From Ferruginibacter sp. (GTDB lineage: Bacteria; Bacteroidota; Bacteroidia; Chitinophagales; Chitinophagaceae), in NCBI GenBank assembly GCA_043769035.1, contig JAYVJU010000147.1:1-63396 (forward strand): a stretch of 63,396 bases of DNA, in the 5' to 3' direction. Under the pieces are notes generated by a model that worked only from the letters and a program-made list of their open reading frames with translations, did not search any database and had not been told where the DNA came from. Positions 19,927 through 31,051 of the stretch are shown one piece after another; the first letter of the stretch is position 1, and each line of letters starts with the position of its first letter. The translations under genes and the position numbers were made by a program.

Positions 19927-21300
19927 ATGTCATCTGCAAACGCCAAGCATCCTGAATTAGCAGCCGCCTTTAATAAAGATGAGGCGAGGGTTGACTGGCA
20001 TGATGAAACTTTGTGGTGGATACGGCAGAAAAGAGATAAAGCCGCATGGACAATTCCGGAATGGGAACAATTAAGAGAAACCGCATCTGCAATAAAAAAT
20101 AATGTACTCAGCAACCTGTATGACTACCTGGTTGAATTTGAAAAGAATGCTTTGGCAAATGGTGTGGTGGTGCATTGGGCCGCAGATGCAAAAGAGCATA
20201 ATGAGATTGTACTTTCTATTTTAAAAGAAAATAAGGTTGAGCAGATCGTTAAGAGTAAATCGATGCTTACAGAAGAGTGCGGCCTCAACGATCATTTAGC
20301 CGCCAATGGAGTTGATGTGGTGGATACCGATTTAGGCGAACGTATTGTACAATTAGCCGGCGAACATCCCAGCCATATTGTATTGCCCTGCATACATTGG
20401 AAAAAAGAAGAGATAGGAGAGTTGTTTCATAAACATTTGAATACGCCAAAGGGAAATGCCGATCCGCAGTTTTTAACCAATGCAGCAAGAATACATTTAA
20501 GGGAAAAATTCTTAACCCGTAAAATAGCCATTACCGGTGTAAATTTTGCCGTTGCCGAAACGGGTGAGTTTGTAGTAAGCACCAATGAAGGTAATGCAGA
20601 TATGGGGGCTCATTTGGCAGATGTGCATATTGCCTGCATGGGTATTGAAAAAATTATTCCTCAGCGAAAACACCTGGGTGTTTTTTTAAGATTACTGGCA
20701 CGAAGTGCAACAGGGCAACCGATTACCACCTACTCAAGCCATTTTAAAAAACCAAATGCACACCAGCAATTGCATATTGTTTTGGTCGATAATGGACGTA
20801 CAGTACAATTGGGTAGAGAAAGTTTTCGCAATTCGTTGAAATGTATTCGTTGTGCAGCATGTTTTAATACCTGCCCGGTGTACAGGCGCAGCGGAGGCTT
20901 TAGTTATAATGCGGTAGTTGCCGGGCCAATCGGTTCAATACTATCGCCAAACCTGGATATGAAAAAGCATGCCGACCTGCCCTTTGCTTCTACGCTTTGC
21001 GGTAGTTGCACCAATGTGTGCCCGGTAAAAATTGATATTCATAACCAGCTCTATCAATGGCGGCAGGTGTTAACGGCTGAAGGGTATTCTCCTAAAACAA
21101 AAACAATGGCGATGAAAGTGATGGCTTTCACTTTATCCAAACCGGCAATTTTTAATTTTGCTGGCAAAGCCGCCAGGTGGGTGATAAAGCATATACCGTT
21201 TTTGGTAAATAACCGGCTTAATCCCTGGTATAAGCAAAGAGATTTGCCGGCAGCACCCAAACAATCTTTTACTGAATGGTATAAAAAGAACAGGAAATGA
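19927..21300 (+). CDS. lutB: L-lactate utilisation protein B (LutB/LldF)
   Basis: KSKSMLTEE, TDLGE, CIRCAACFNTCPVY and STLCGSCTNVCP ferredoxin motifs. Confidence 0.92.
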   Translation: MSSANAKHPELAAAFNKDEARVDWHDETLWWIRQKRDKAAWTIPEWEQLRETASAIKNNVLSNLYDYLVEFEKNALANGVVVHWAADAKEHNEIVLSILKENKVEQIVKSKSMLTEECGLNDHLAANGVDVVDTDLGERIVQLAGEHPSHIVLPCIHWKKEEIGELFHKHLNTPKGNADPQFLTNAARIHLREKFLTRKIAITGVNFAVAETGEFVVSTNEGNADMGAHLADVHIACMGIEKIIPQRKHLGVFLRLLARSATGQPITTYSSHFKKPNAHQQLHIVLVDNGRTVQLGRESFRNSLKCIRCAACFNTCPVYRRSGGFSYNAVVAGPIGSILSPNLDMKKHADLPFASTLCGSCTNVCPVKIDIHNQLYQWRQVLTAEGYSPKTKTMAMKVMAFTLSKPAIFNFAGKAARWVIKHIPFLVNNRLNPWYKQRDLPAAPKQSFTEWYKKNRK

Positions 21301-21881
21301 GCAGCAGGAATAAAATATTAGAAGCAGTTAAATTAAATCAGCCTGCATTGCAGCAGTTACCCGATTTAAATACTCTTGTTGCAGTAAAGTATGAAGATGC
21401 TTTTGTACAGTTTGTTACTGTGCTTAATGGAATTGGGGGTACAGTAATAGAAATACAAAACACCCATGAGATAAATGAATATGTGAGAAAAAACTTCAGC
21501 AGTAATCAAAATTATGTAACTACACTGCCCGAATTAAGCGAAATAAAAATACTTGATGGAAATTTAGACGCACATTTTTTAGAAAATATTGAAGTGGCAG
21601 TAGTAAAGGCAGTATTTGGAGTTGCAGAAAATGGAGCAGTATGGCTTACAGAAGATGAAATGAAGATAAGGGCATTGCCATTTATTTGTCAGCACCTGGC
21701 AGTTGTATTACATAAAAAAGATATTGTAAACAATATGCATGAAGCTTATAGTTTTATCGATGATAGTAAATATGGATTTGGTGTTTTTATCGCCGGGCCA
21801 TCAAAGACAGCAGATATAGAACAGTCACTTGTGCTGGGTGCACACGGCCCCAAAACGATGACGGTTTTTGTTTTGAGCTAA
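21297..21881 (+). CDS. lutC: L-lactate utilisation protein C (LutC/LldG, LUD domain)
   Basis: GPSKTADIEQSLVLGAHGP motif. Confidence 0.92.
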   Translation: MSSRNKILEAVKLNQPALQQLPDLNTLVAVKYEDAFVQFVTVLNGIGGTVIEIQNTHEINEYVRKNFSSNQNYVTTLPELSEIKILDGNLDAHFLENIEVAVVKAVFGVAENGAVWLTEDEMKIRALPFICQHLAVVLHKKDIVNNMHEAYSFIDDSKYGFGVFIAGPSKTADIEQSLVLGAHGPKTMTVFVLS

Positions 21882-21950
21882 CCAAAAATCCCGCCTGTTG
21901 TTTGTAGTTTTTCACATAGGGTGTATAACTGCATTTAATTGCCTGATTGG

Positions 21951-21966
21951 CAGGATGCCACAGGAT
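21951..21966. promoter_or_regulatory. Direct-repeat operator candidate CAGGAT-N4-CAGGAT
   Basis: CAGGATgccaCAGGAT upstream of the fasciclin/SusCD operon. Confidence 0.6.
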
Positions 21967-22235
21967 AGTGGAGATAGACTAAAGTCGGAATTTACAGGCA
22001 TTAAAAGCTAACACTGATTGCAATTTGCCGGATTTTATTTTTGTATAAACCGGTAACAAAATATAAACTGCTGCTAAATGAGAAAAATATACATTCCCCA
22101 CTCTTACAAGACCGGCTCTCCCGGTTTTACAATTCCCCAATTTAAACGGGTATTATTTTTAATGAAGTAATGTGTTTTTTTATTTCATCTAAGCAGATGT
22201 ATTGATAATTTATTTTTTAAAAAGCAGGAAATAGT

Positions 22236-24461
22236 ATGCATAAAAAAATTTACCAGTTTGCGTATGTTGTATTAGTTGTATTAATTGCCGCAACATTTAC
22301 GTCGTGTCAAAAGAAATTTGATGAATATTATGCAAGGCCTGATAATCTTGCAGCGCCAATTTATCAGCAACTTGCAGCTAAAGGAAAATTTACAAGCTTT
22401 TTATCTTTAATTGATAAAGCAGGATATAAACAAACTTTAAGTTCTGCAGGTTACTGGACAATTTTTGCACCAAGTGATTCTGCATTTACTGCCGATACGG
22501 AATTTGCTGCATTCATTCAAAGCCGTGGTTTCAGCAGCTTAAGTGCTGTTGACTCTGCCACTGCACAAATGCTGGTACAATATCTTTTGGTATATAATGC
22601 TTTTGAAAAAACAAGGATAGATGATTATCAATCAAGTTTAGGATGGGTACCCGATAATGCTTTTAAAAGGCGTACTGCATACTATACCGGATTTTATAAA
22701 GACACTTCAGACACGGGCATACCTTATACAGCTGTAGCATCCAACAGAAATAATAACGGGGCTGTAAATGGCTATTATGTATCTGCTGATAACAATAATA
22801 AATACATTCCTTACTTTACCAATGAGTTTTTAGCGGCCAAAGGCCTGTCGCAATCTGACTATAGTTATTTCTACCCCGGTTCAACCTTCTCCGGCTTTAA
22901 TGTAGCCAATGCCAAAGTAACAGAAAAAGATATTGCCGCAGAGAACGGCGTAATACATATTATCGATAAAGTAGTAACGCCGTTAAACAGTATTGATCAG
23001 TATTTAAGAAACAAACCTCAGTACAGCCTTTTCAGAAGTATTATAGAAAGGTTTATGGTTTTGTTTATAAAAAATGTTGATGCCACACGCCGGTACCAGG
23101 TTTTAAAAGGCAGCACTGATGATGTTATGGTAAAAGTGTATTCCAGCCTTTTAGCATTTTCTCCAAACAACGAAAATTATTTTAAGCTGCAGGATAATGA
23201 CGGACAAAGAGATGGATGGACAATATTTGTACCTACCAACGATTCATTAACCAAATACATCAATACGGTAGTATTACAGCAGTATCCTACCATCAATTCC
23301 TTACCATTAAGTATTATATCCGATCTTTTAAATGCACACATGTGGCAATCTACAGTATGGCCAGGCAAGTTCAGCAGTACCTATAATTTTTTGGGCGAGC
23401 CTGCAAAAATGAACAGCACTACTGATATAGTTGACAGAAAAGTATTGAGCAATGGTGTTTTTTACGGCACTAAAAAAGTAAATGAACCCAATGTATTTTC
23501 AACGGTATATGGCAAAGCTTATCTCAATCCCAATTATTCGTTAATGACGAGGCTGCTCGACCAGGAATTGAAACCGGTAATAACAAACCCCAACGTAAAA
23601 TATACCATGTTCATGGTTTCGGATGCGGTTTTAGCAGCTAAGGGATATAGCTACAATCCAGGATCTAATTTGTGGACCTATCTTGGTTCAACAAATGATA
23701 GTGTAAGGCTTAATTTAATGCGCATGATAAATACCGGTGTTATAGAAACACCGAATAATGAGCTGGCCAATTTAGGTGTTACCGGGGTAAGGGGAATTAT
23801 AGGGTCGTATGGCGGAGAATACATGAAATATGACGGCAACAAAGTTTTTTCAGTAGGTACAGTAGAAAAAAATGTATCGGTTACTATTGATAGTGTAAGG
23901 CAGGTATTAAATGGCCAGGTGGCTTATATTAACGACCTGCTGTATTTTACTTATCAGCCCATTGGCTCTACTATGGCAGTTTTAGGAAACCCTGCAACAT
24001 CTGAGTTTAACTATTTTTGGAACTACCTTAGAAACTCAACAATATTTAATACCGGTACTTTTGAGATAACCGGTATTACCGCAGGGGCTTTTTATACTTT
24101 ATTTGTTCCTAAAAATTCAGCAATTGTACAGGCCATTAACGATGGTTTATTGCCGGGCACTGCAGGGGTACCCAATTTTACGCCTACATTAATTGCCGAC
24201 AGATTAAAAGTGGAGAAATTTATTTTATATCATTTTCTTGATAAAAGAACCGTGGTTGCAAACGGAAACGATATTGGTTCCTTTCCTTCTATGTTAAGAA
24301 ATGCAGCAGGCGATCCTGTAACTTTTTCAATACTTTATCCGGGAGGGGTTTTTGAACTGGGAGATGGCTTTGGCCGCAAAGCAAGAATGGTTACAACGCT
24401 GAATAATAATTTATCTAACAGAACAGTGATACATCTTGTAGATAATTATTTAAAATATTAA
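22236..24461 (+). CDS. Multi-fasciclin (FAS1) domain surface lipoprotein
   Basis: Lipobox FTSC; TIFAPSDSAF, NGVIHIIDKV, TIFVPTN, TLFVPKNSA, VIHLVDNYL FAS1 H1/H2 motifs. Confidence 0.85.
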   Translation: MHKKIYQFAYVVLVVLIAATFTSCQKKFDEYYARPDNLAAPIYQQLAAKGKFTSFLSLIDKAGYKQTLSSAGYWTIFAPSDSAFTADTEFAAFIQSRGFSSLSAVDSATAQMLVQYLLVYNAFEKTRIDDYQSSLGWVPDNAFKRRTAYYTGFYKDTSDTGIPYTAVASNRNNNGAVNGYYVSADNNNKYIPYFTNEFLAAKGLSQSDYSYFYPGSTFSGFNVANAKVTEKDIAAENGVIHIIDKVVTPLNSIDQYLRNKPQYSLFRSIIERFMVLFIKNVDATRRYQVLKGSTDDVMVKVYSSLLAFSPNNENYFKLQDNDGQRDGWTIFVPTNDSLTKYINTVVLQQYPTINSLPLSIISDLLNAHMWQSTVWPGKFSSTYNFLGEPAKMNSTTDIVDRKVLSNGVFYGTKKVNEPNVFSTVYGKAYLNPNYSLMTRLLDQELKPVITNPNVKYTMFMVSDAVLAAKGYSYNPGSNLWTYLGSTNDSVRLNLMRMINTGVIETPNNELANLGVTGVRGIIGSYGGEYMKYDGNKVFSVGTVEKNVSVTIDSVRQVLNGQVAYINDLLYFTYQPIGSTMAVLGNPATSEFNYFWNYLRNSTIFNTGTFEITGITAGAFYTLFVPKNSAIVQAINDGLLPGTAGVPNFTPTLIADRLKVEKFILYHFLDKRTVVANGNDIGSFPSMLRNAAGDPVTFSILYPGGVFELGDGFGRKARMVTTLNNNLSNRTVIHLVDNYLKY

Positions 24462-24505
24462 GGTCTTTAGAATCAAAAAAAATTAAAAAATAAATTCATT
24501 CTATA

Positions 24506-27500
24506 ATGAAAGTTTTATTCACAAAAATAAGTTGCCTGTTGTTTGCAGTGCTTTTAATAAATGCAGCAGTTGCACAATCAACTACAGTACAGGGAAAAAT
24601 TATTGGCGCAAATAAACGTCCCGTAGTGGATGTAACTGTTGCAGAAGTTGATGCAGATGGCAGAACCATACGTGCAGTAAAAACAGATGTGGAAGGAAAT
24701 TTTGTTATTAAGATTTCCAATCCAAAAAATAAATTATCATTCAGTCATATCAGTTTCCGTTCTCAGTCGCTGTCAATAAATACCCGTACAACTTTTAATA
24801 TTACTATGGAAAGTAACAGCAGGGATCTGGGTGATGTTATTGTGGTATCGCAGCGTAAGGCAGATAATGGTATGCTGCCGGTATCCGAAAGGGAATTGAC
24901 AACAGCGCAGTCGCACATTAATGCAAAAGACCTTGAAGAAATGCAGGCGGCATCAATTGACCAGGCATTGCAGGGCAGAATGGCGGGTGTGGATATTACA
25001 GCCAACTCCGGCGATCCGGGTGCAGGTATGCAGATACGTATCAGGGGTACATCTTCCATCAATGGCTCTAATGACCCATTAATAGTTGTTGATAATATGC
25101 CTTACGAAACTGCAATACCATCCGATTTTAATTTTGGTGCTGCTGATGAAGTGGGTTATGCAAGTTTATTAAATATTGCACCTTCAGATATTAAGGATAT
25201 CACCATTTTAAAAGATGCTGCGGCAACAGCTATCTGGGGTTCCAGGGCAGCAAGTGGTGTGGTTGTAATTACAACTAAAAGAGGTGTTGTAGGTAAACCT
25301 TCATTTACCTACACCAATAAAACATCTGTTACAAAACAACCCGATGCTATTCCCATGCTTTCCGGCGACCAGTATTCCACTTTAATTCCCGAAGCATATA
25401 TGAATGCCACAGGAACGCCGCTGAATACACAGAATATTAAAGAATTTCAGTACGATCCCAACGATCCCTACTGGTATAATAATTACAGTAAAAACACCGA
25501 CTGGATAGAAGCCATTACACAGCGGGGCTTTATGCAGGATCATAATATATCTATGACAGGTGGTGGCGAAAAAGCAAGGTATTTTGCATCTATGGGTTAT
25601 CTTAACCAAAAAGGTACAACCATCGGTACTTATTTAAACCGTATCAGCACCCGTATCAATTTAGATTATATTGTATCTGAGCGTATCCGTTTTAAATCAG
25701 ACATTTCTTATTCCTATACTGATAACAACCGCAACTTTGCCAATAACTTAAGGGATATTGCCTACAGAAAAATGCCCAACATGAGCATTTATGAGTACGA
25801 TGAATTTGGCAATTTATCAGGTAATTATTTTACTCCGGCTACTAACATACAGGGCTTTTACCAGAATATAAACAGCGGCGGAAATGTGAATGGTACAATA
25901 AATCCTGTAGCTATGGCAAATGATGCCAGTAATAAAATCATAAGCCAGAGGGTAACACCGCATTTTAACCTGCAGTACGAAATTTTGAAAAAAGTTTTAA
26001 TGGCAACTTTTGATGTGCAGTTTGATGTAAACAATAATAAAAACAACAGCTTTTTGCCCCAAACTTCTACCGGCAGGCCATGGACCGAGACTTCTGTTAA
26101 CAGGGCGTACGATGGCGATATAGATGTGTTTAATGTGCAAACAAAAACCAACCTGGTTTATACCCCCAACTTAAAAAATGAAAAACATAAATTAGTAAGT
26201 TTTCTTTCGTTGAATACCTACGATAACAAATATGTATCGCAGGAAATATTAGTTTCCAATACTGCATCATCAATATTACAGGATCCTTCTAATACCGGCC
26301 GTACACAAAATGGCGAATCGAGGCTTACAGCATATTCGGGCCAAACCCGCAGTATAGGTTTACTGGTAAACGGGCAGTACAGTTTTATGGATAAATATAT
26401 TATAAATGTCGGGCTTCGTGGCGATGGTAACTCAAGGTTTGGCCCTGCAAACCGTTACGGCTTATTTCCATCAGCATCTTTCCGCTGGAGAATGTCCGAC
26501 GAAAAATTTATGAAACGTTTCAATAAGCAAATTGATGACCTCAGTTTCAGGGCAAGTTATGGCCAATCGGGTAATCAGCCACGCAGGGATTACAGCTACA
26601 TTAATACCTATAATACTTTTTCATGGTCTTATTTAGGCCAGGCTGGTGTGTATCCCGGCAATATGGAATTATCTAATTTAAAATGGGAAACCATTGTAGG
26701 GCAGAATGTTGGTATTAATTTAAGTATGTTTAACAAGCGTATTACAGCCGATGCGGAGTTTTATATTAACCGTACCAAACAAATGTATTTCCCGGGTTTG
26801 CAGATATCTTCTATCAACGGGTTTAATAGTGTAGATATGAATGTGGGTACAATGGATAACCAGGGTTTTGAACTGGGCCTTGGTTTTACACCTGTAAAAA
26901 CAAAAAAGTGGCAGCTGGATTTTAATTTCAATATTGCCCGTAACATAAATGTTATACGGGAAATATCAGACCTGTATCCAAGAGATAAAGGAAATATTGA
27001 AGCCAACGGCCAGTACAAAACTTATCTGCAGATCAATAATCCTTTTGGATCATTTTACGGGTTTAAATTTAAAGGTGTTTATAAAGATTTACAATCCACC
27101 ATTGCTACAGATGCCGGCGGAAAAAATATTATAGGCCCAACAGGCCAGACAGTTTTCATGAAATTTAATTACCCAAGCATCGGATATACTTTTCAGCCAG
27201 GCGATGCCATGTATGAGGATATAAACCATGATGGCAATATAAACTATCAGGATATTGTTTACCTCGGTAACAGTATGCCAAAATACACTGGAGGTTTTGG
27301 TACTTCCTTATCTCATAAAGGCCAATGGAAATTCTCGGCATTTTTTACCTACAGGTATAAATTCGATCTGGTAAACGGTACTAAAATAAATACCACCAAT
27401 ATGTATGGTTTCGATAACCAGAGTACAGCAACTTTAAGCCGCTGGAGAAAAGATGGTGATGTTACCGATATGCCAAGGGCTATGTACCGTACAGGGTATA

Positions 27501-27778
27501 ACTGGCTTGGCAGCGACAGGTATGTTGAAGATGCATCATACCTGCGTTTCAGGACTGCAACAGTAAGATATACCGCAGCTAAAAAACTGGTACAAAAACT
27601 TAAATTAAAAAACCTGAGTGCATACATAAGTGTTGAAAATTTATATACCTGGACAAATTACACAGGCCAGGATCCCGAAGTAAGTGTTAGAGGCAGCGAT
27701 CCATTCAGGGTAGCTATTGATTATTCTTATACGCCACCGGTTAAAACAGTAACACTTGGTATTACTGCAAGCTTTTAA
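24506..27778 (+). CDS. susC: SusC/RagA TonB-dependent transporter
   Basis: Plug motifs (IRIRGTSS, ILKDAAATAIWGSRAASGVVVITTK), LKWET, C-terminal Phe. Confidence 0.95.
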   Translation: MKVLFTKISCLLFAVLLINAAVAQSTTVQGKIIGANKRPVVDVTVAEVDADGRTIRAVKTDVEGNFVIKISNPKNKLSFSHISFRSQSLSINTRTTFNITMESNSRDLGDVIVVSQRKADNGMLPVSERELTTAQSHINAKDLEEMQAASIDQALQGRMAGVDITANSGDPGAGMQIRIRGTSSINGSNDPLIVVDNMPYETAIPSDFNFGAADEVGYASLLNIAPSDIKDITILKDAAATAIWGSRAASGVVVITTKRGVVGKPSFTYTNKTSVTKQPDAIPMLSGDQYSTLIPEAYMNATGTPLNTQNIKEFQYDPNDPYWYNNYSKNTDWIEAITQRGFMQDHNISMTGGGEKARYFASMGYLNQKGTTIGTYLNRISTRINLDYIVSERIRFKSDISYSYTDNNRNFANNLRDIAYRKMPNMSIYEYDEFGNLSGNYFTPATNIQGFYQNINSGGNVNGTINPVAMANDASNKIISQRVTPHFNLQYEILKKVLMATFDVQFDVNNNKNNSFLPQTSTGRPWTETSVNRAYDGDIDVFNVQTKTNLVYTPNLKNEKHKLVSFLSLNTYDNKYVSQEILVSNTASSILQDPSNTGRTQNGESRLTAYSGQTRSIGLLVNGQYSFMDKYIINVGLRGDGNSRFGPANRYGLFPSASFRWRMSDEKFMKRFNKQIDDLSFRASYGQSGNQPRRDYSYINTYNTFSWSYLGQAGVYPGNMELSNLKWETIVGQNVGINLSMFNKRITADAEFYINRTKQMYFPGLQISSINGFNSVDMNVGTMDNQGFELGLGFTPVKTKKWQLDFNFNIARNINVIREISDLYPRDKGNIEANGQYKTYLQINNPFGSFYGFKFKGVYKDLQSTIATDAGGKNIIGPTGQTVFMKFNYPSIGYTFQPGDAMYEDINHDGNINYQDIVYLGNSMPKYTGGFGTSLSHKGQWKFSAFFTYRYKFDLVNGTKINTTNMYGFDNQSTATLSRWRKDGDVTDMPRAMYRTGYNWLGSDRYVEDASYLRFRTATVRYTAAKKLVQKLKLKNLSAYISVENLYTWTNYTGQDPEVSVRGSDPFRVAIDYSYTPPVKTVTLGITASF

Positions 27779-27798
27779 AATAATTTAAACGAAATACA

Positions 27799-29301
27799 AT
27801 GTTGAAAAAAACAGTTTTAAAATTATTGATGTTATTAATGCTGGTGCCATTTGCATCTTGCAAAAAATGGCTCGACTTACAACCACTGGATGGTTTAACC
27901 GGTGCCGAATACTGGAAAACAAAGGAGCAGGTGGCTGCAGCAGTTACAGGTTGTTATATTTCGCTTACCGGTTCTCAAACCGGAGCAAGAAGTAATACCG
28001 AGTCGTTTTTTGTGTGGGGCGAATTGAGAGCAGATATGATTACAAGTACATTGGCAACTACAGCCGAACAGATTGATGTGATAAATGTAAATATGCTGCC
28101 CAGTAATAACATTGCAAACTGGAGAGGTATTTACGAAACAATTAATTACTGCAATACCGTTATAGATTATGCACCGGGTGTACTTGCACAGGATGCTACA
28201 TTTACACAGGCCGCATTAGATAAAGCAGTTGCCGAAGCAAAAACCATCAGGGCATTAATGTATTTTTACCTGGTACGTACTTTTGACCAGGTGCCGCTTA
28301 AATTAAAAGCAACACAAAGCGATAAGGACATTGTATCAATACCAAAAAGCCCGCAGGAAGAAGTATTGGCACAGGTGGTAAAAGATTTAAGTGAAGCAGA
28401 AACTGCAGCTGTGGTTGATTATGGCGACAGGGCATTAAATAAAGGAAGAGTAACAAAGGCTACCGTTAATGCCATACAGGCCGATGTGTATTTATGGATG
28501 GAAAAATATACAGAAGCTGTTGCCGCCTGTAACAAAATAATTTCCACTTCAGCTTTTGGTTTGGTTGATGGAGCCGATGCCAATACCTGGTACAGGACTT
28601 TATATGTAAATGGCAACAGTAACGAAAGTATTTTTGAACTGCAGTTTGACAACCAGAACCTGAACCCGTTTTACACGATGTTTAATACCACCGCAAGAAG
28701 GTTTATAGCCAGCACAATTGTAATGGATGAGATTTATACTATTGACCTGGTTGACCCTACAAAAATAGATATAAGAGGCGATGGTGCTGCTGTAAGATCA
28801 ACCGACCAGGTGATATGGAAATATATAGGCCTTAATAATACAACAGCAGTAAGGGCGCAGGCAGAATCTTTTGCACACTGGATCATGTACAGGTATGCCG
28901 ATATTTTACTGATAAAAGCAGAAGCATTAAACCAATTGGGCAATGGTGCCGAAGCATTAACACTTGTTACGCAGATAAGAAACAGGGCAAGGGCACTGGT
29001 TGCCACAAATACCAATCCATCACCCACCGATAAATTGCTGGTAGGCGATTTTATTTTAAAAGAGCGGGCAAGGGAATTTGCATTTGAAGGCAAGCGTTGG
29101 TATGATCTGTTAAGAAATGCACGCCGGAATAATTATCAAAGATTAGACCTGCTGCTGGATGTGGTTGCCGGTACCGTACCTGCCAACCGCCAGCAATCGG
29201 CAATTGCAAAAATGAGAGATAAAAACTGTCATTACCTGCCTATATTCAATTATGAGTTAACAACAAACAAGGCATTGGTACAAAACCCTTTTTATAAATA
29301 A
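27799..29301 (+). CDS. susD: SusD/RagB lipoprotein
   Basis: Lipobox FASC; YRYADILLIKAEA, ERAREFAFEGKRWYDLLR, QNP motifs. Confidence 0.95.
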   Translation: MLKKTVLKLLMLLMLVPFASCKKWLDLQPLDGLTGAEYWKTKEQVAAAVTGCYISLTGSQTGARSNTESFFVWGELRADMITSTLATTAEQIDVINVNMLPSNNIANWRGIYETINYCNTVIDYAPGVLAQDATFTQAALDKAVAEAKTIRALMYFYLVRTFDQVPLKLKATQSDKDIVSIPKSPQEEVLAQVVKDLSEAETAAVVDYGDRALNKGRVTKATVNAIQADVYLWMEKYTEAVAACNKIISTSAFGLVDGADANTWYRTLYVNGNSNESIFELQFDNQNLNPFYTMFNTTARRFIASTIVMDEIYTIDLVDPTKIDIRGDGAAVRSTDQVIWKYIGLNNTTAVRAQAESFAHWIMYRYADILLIKAEALNQLGNGAEALTLVTQIRNRARALVATNTNPSPTDKLLVGDFILKERAREFAFEGKRWYDLLRNARRNNYQRLDLLLDVVAGTVPANRQQSAIAKMRDKNCHYLPIFNYELTTNKALVQNPFYK

Positions 29302-29327
29302 TTATTTAAGAAATAAAAATTAAACGT

Positions 29328-31016
29328 ATGAAAAAACATCTAAGCATTTTGTTGGCAGCTACTGTTGGCATGCTTATCATTTTTTACACAGAAAGCTGTA
29401 AAAAAATAAAATATGTTGATAGTACCAGTACCGATCTGAATATTTACGGCTATATAAAATCTAACCCCGGTAAATATTCATCCATTACTGCCATAGTTGA
29501 CAAATCGGGCTATGCAGGCTTCTTAAATGCTTATGGCTCTTACACTATGTTTGTGCCAACCGATAGTGCCGTAAAAATTTACCTGGCCGAAGTTAATAAA
29601 ACGGTTGCTTCGCTTACTGAGGCAGAGGCACAAAATATAGTAAAAATTCATTTACTGGAAGATACTTTAACAACCGCTACTTTTAAAGATGGTAAATTAC
29701 CAACTATTACCATGTACGGGCAGTTTTTAATAACCGGTGTTGTAAACAATGCAGGTACATCCACCATATTGGTAAACAGGCAGGGTACCATTACATCGGG
29801 TAATATAAGAACGGGTAATGGTTTAATACATGAGGTTGACAGGGTTTTAAAACCTGCCGCTAAAACTGTTGCAGAGTTAATTGCTGCCGATCCTAAGTTT
29901 TCTATTTTTAAACAGGCATTGCAGGCAACGGGTTACTACGATACCATCAATACCATCAACAGTACCGTGCCTTCGCAAAGAAGGTGGTTTACCGTTTTGG
30001 CCGAAACTGATAAAGCATTACTCGATTCCGGTTTTGCAAATTATGCAGCATTAAGGGCTAAATACTCCAACACCGGCAATCCATTAAATCCATTAGACAG
30101 TTTGAATATTTATGTGAAGTATCATATTATACCCGATATAAAATACCTGGCCGATATTGTTTCTGCAAGTTCTCATACCACATTGGCACCATTAGAGGTT
30201 TTGGCATCTAAATTAGATGAGGTAAAAGTTTTAATAAACGACCTGGATTTTAACGGCGTACGTGAAATAGGGATTGAACTGGAAAGGCCAACAAGTGATA
30301 TTTCCGGTACAACAGGGGTACTACATACCGCATTGGCGCACTTTAAACCTAAGCTGCGTTTTCCTACAGCAGTATTCTGGGATGTAGCCGATTTTCCGGA
30401 AGTAAGAAAACTGCCGGCAATTTTCAGAAGGGCAAATTTTAATTTTGAGTATGGTGCTGTAAAAGACATAACCTATAATAATCCTGCAAATGTTTTGAGC
30501 TATACTTACAGTACTTCATCTACAATAAATATGTTCTGGAGCGATTATTTAACCGTTCCAATGGGAAATACTTCCCGCCATAACTGGATAGAATTTACAA
30601 CACCTATATTAATTAAGGGCAGGTATAAAGTTTGGGTTTGTTACAGGGCTGCCAAAGGTTCCGGTACGGTTGGTTTACCAGGCGGATCGCAAGCGCCGGT
30701 TCAGGTTTCTTATGATGGGGTTGACTTATCGAGACAATTTAATTTTAGCGACCAGCGGCCAAATTTAACCGACGGTGAAATGGATGCATTAGGATGGAAA
30801 AGATATACTGTAAATACCAACCAGTTAATGACAGGTAAATTTCTGGGCATTGTTGATGTTGCTACTACCGACAGGCATAAATTAAGATTACGTTCTTTAC
30901 CGCCTGCCGGTACCGGAAACCCATCCTGCTTTTTAGATATGTTCCATTTTATTCCTATTAACGATGTGCAGTATTTGCCAAGATTTAATATTGACGGTAC
31001 ATTACAATATTTCTAA
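29328..31016 (+). CDS. Fasciclin-domain lipoprotein with C-terminal beta-sandwich region
   Basis: TMFVPTDSA, NGLIHEVDRVL, TVLAETD motifs; Cys after signal peptide. Confidence 0.82.
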   Translation: MKKHLSILLAATVGMLIIFYTESCKKIKYVDSTSTDLNIYGYIKSNPGKYSSITAIVDKSGYAGFLNAYGSYTMFVPTDSAVKIYLAEVNKTVASLTEAEAQNIVKIHLLEDTLTTATFKDGKLPTITMYGQFLITGVVNNAGTSTILVNRQGTITSGNIRTGNGLIHEVDRVLKPAAKTVAELIAADPKFSIFKQALQATGYYDTINTINSTVPSQRRWFTVLAETDKALLDSGFANYAALRAKYSNTGNPLNPLDSLNIYVKYHIIPDIKYLADIVSASSHTTLAPLEVLASKLDEVKVLINDLDFNGVREIGIELERPTSDISGTTGVLHTALAHFKPKLRFPTAVFWDVADFPEVRKLPAIFRRANFNFEYGAVKDITYNNPANVLSYTYSTSSTINMFWSDYLTVPMGNTSRHNWIEFTTPILIKGRYKVWVCYRAAKGSGTVGLPGGSQAPVQVSYDGVDLSRQFNFSDQRPNLTDGEMDALGWKRYTVNTNQLMTGKFLGIVDVATTDRHKLRLRSLPPAGTGNPSCFLDMFHFIPINDVQYLPRFNIDGTLQYF

Positions 31017-31051
31017 AAAAAAAATAAAAGAAGTAATAAAATATTTAAGCG

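Noticed and set aside
22080-22235. Possible riboswitch or structured leader before the fasciclin operon
   Set aside because: Only a short ACCGG/CCGGT stem; no recognisable RNA family.
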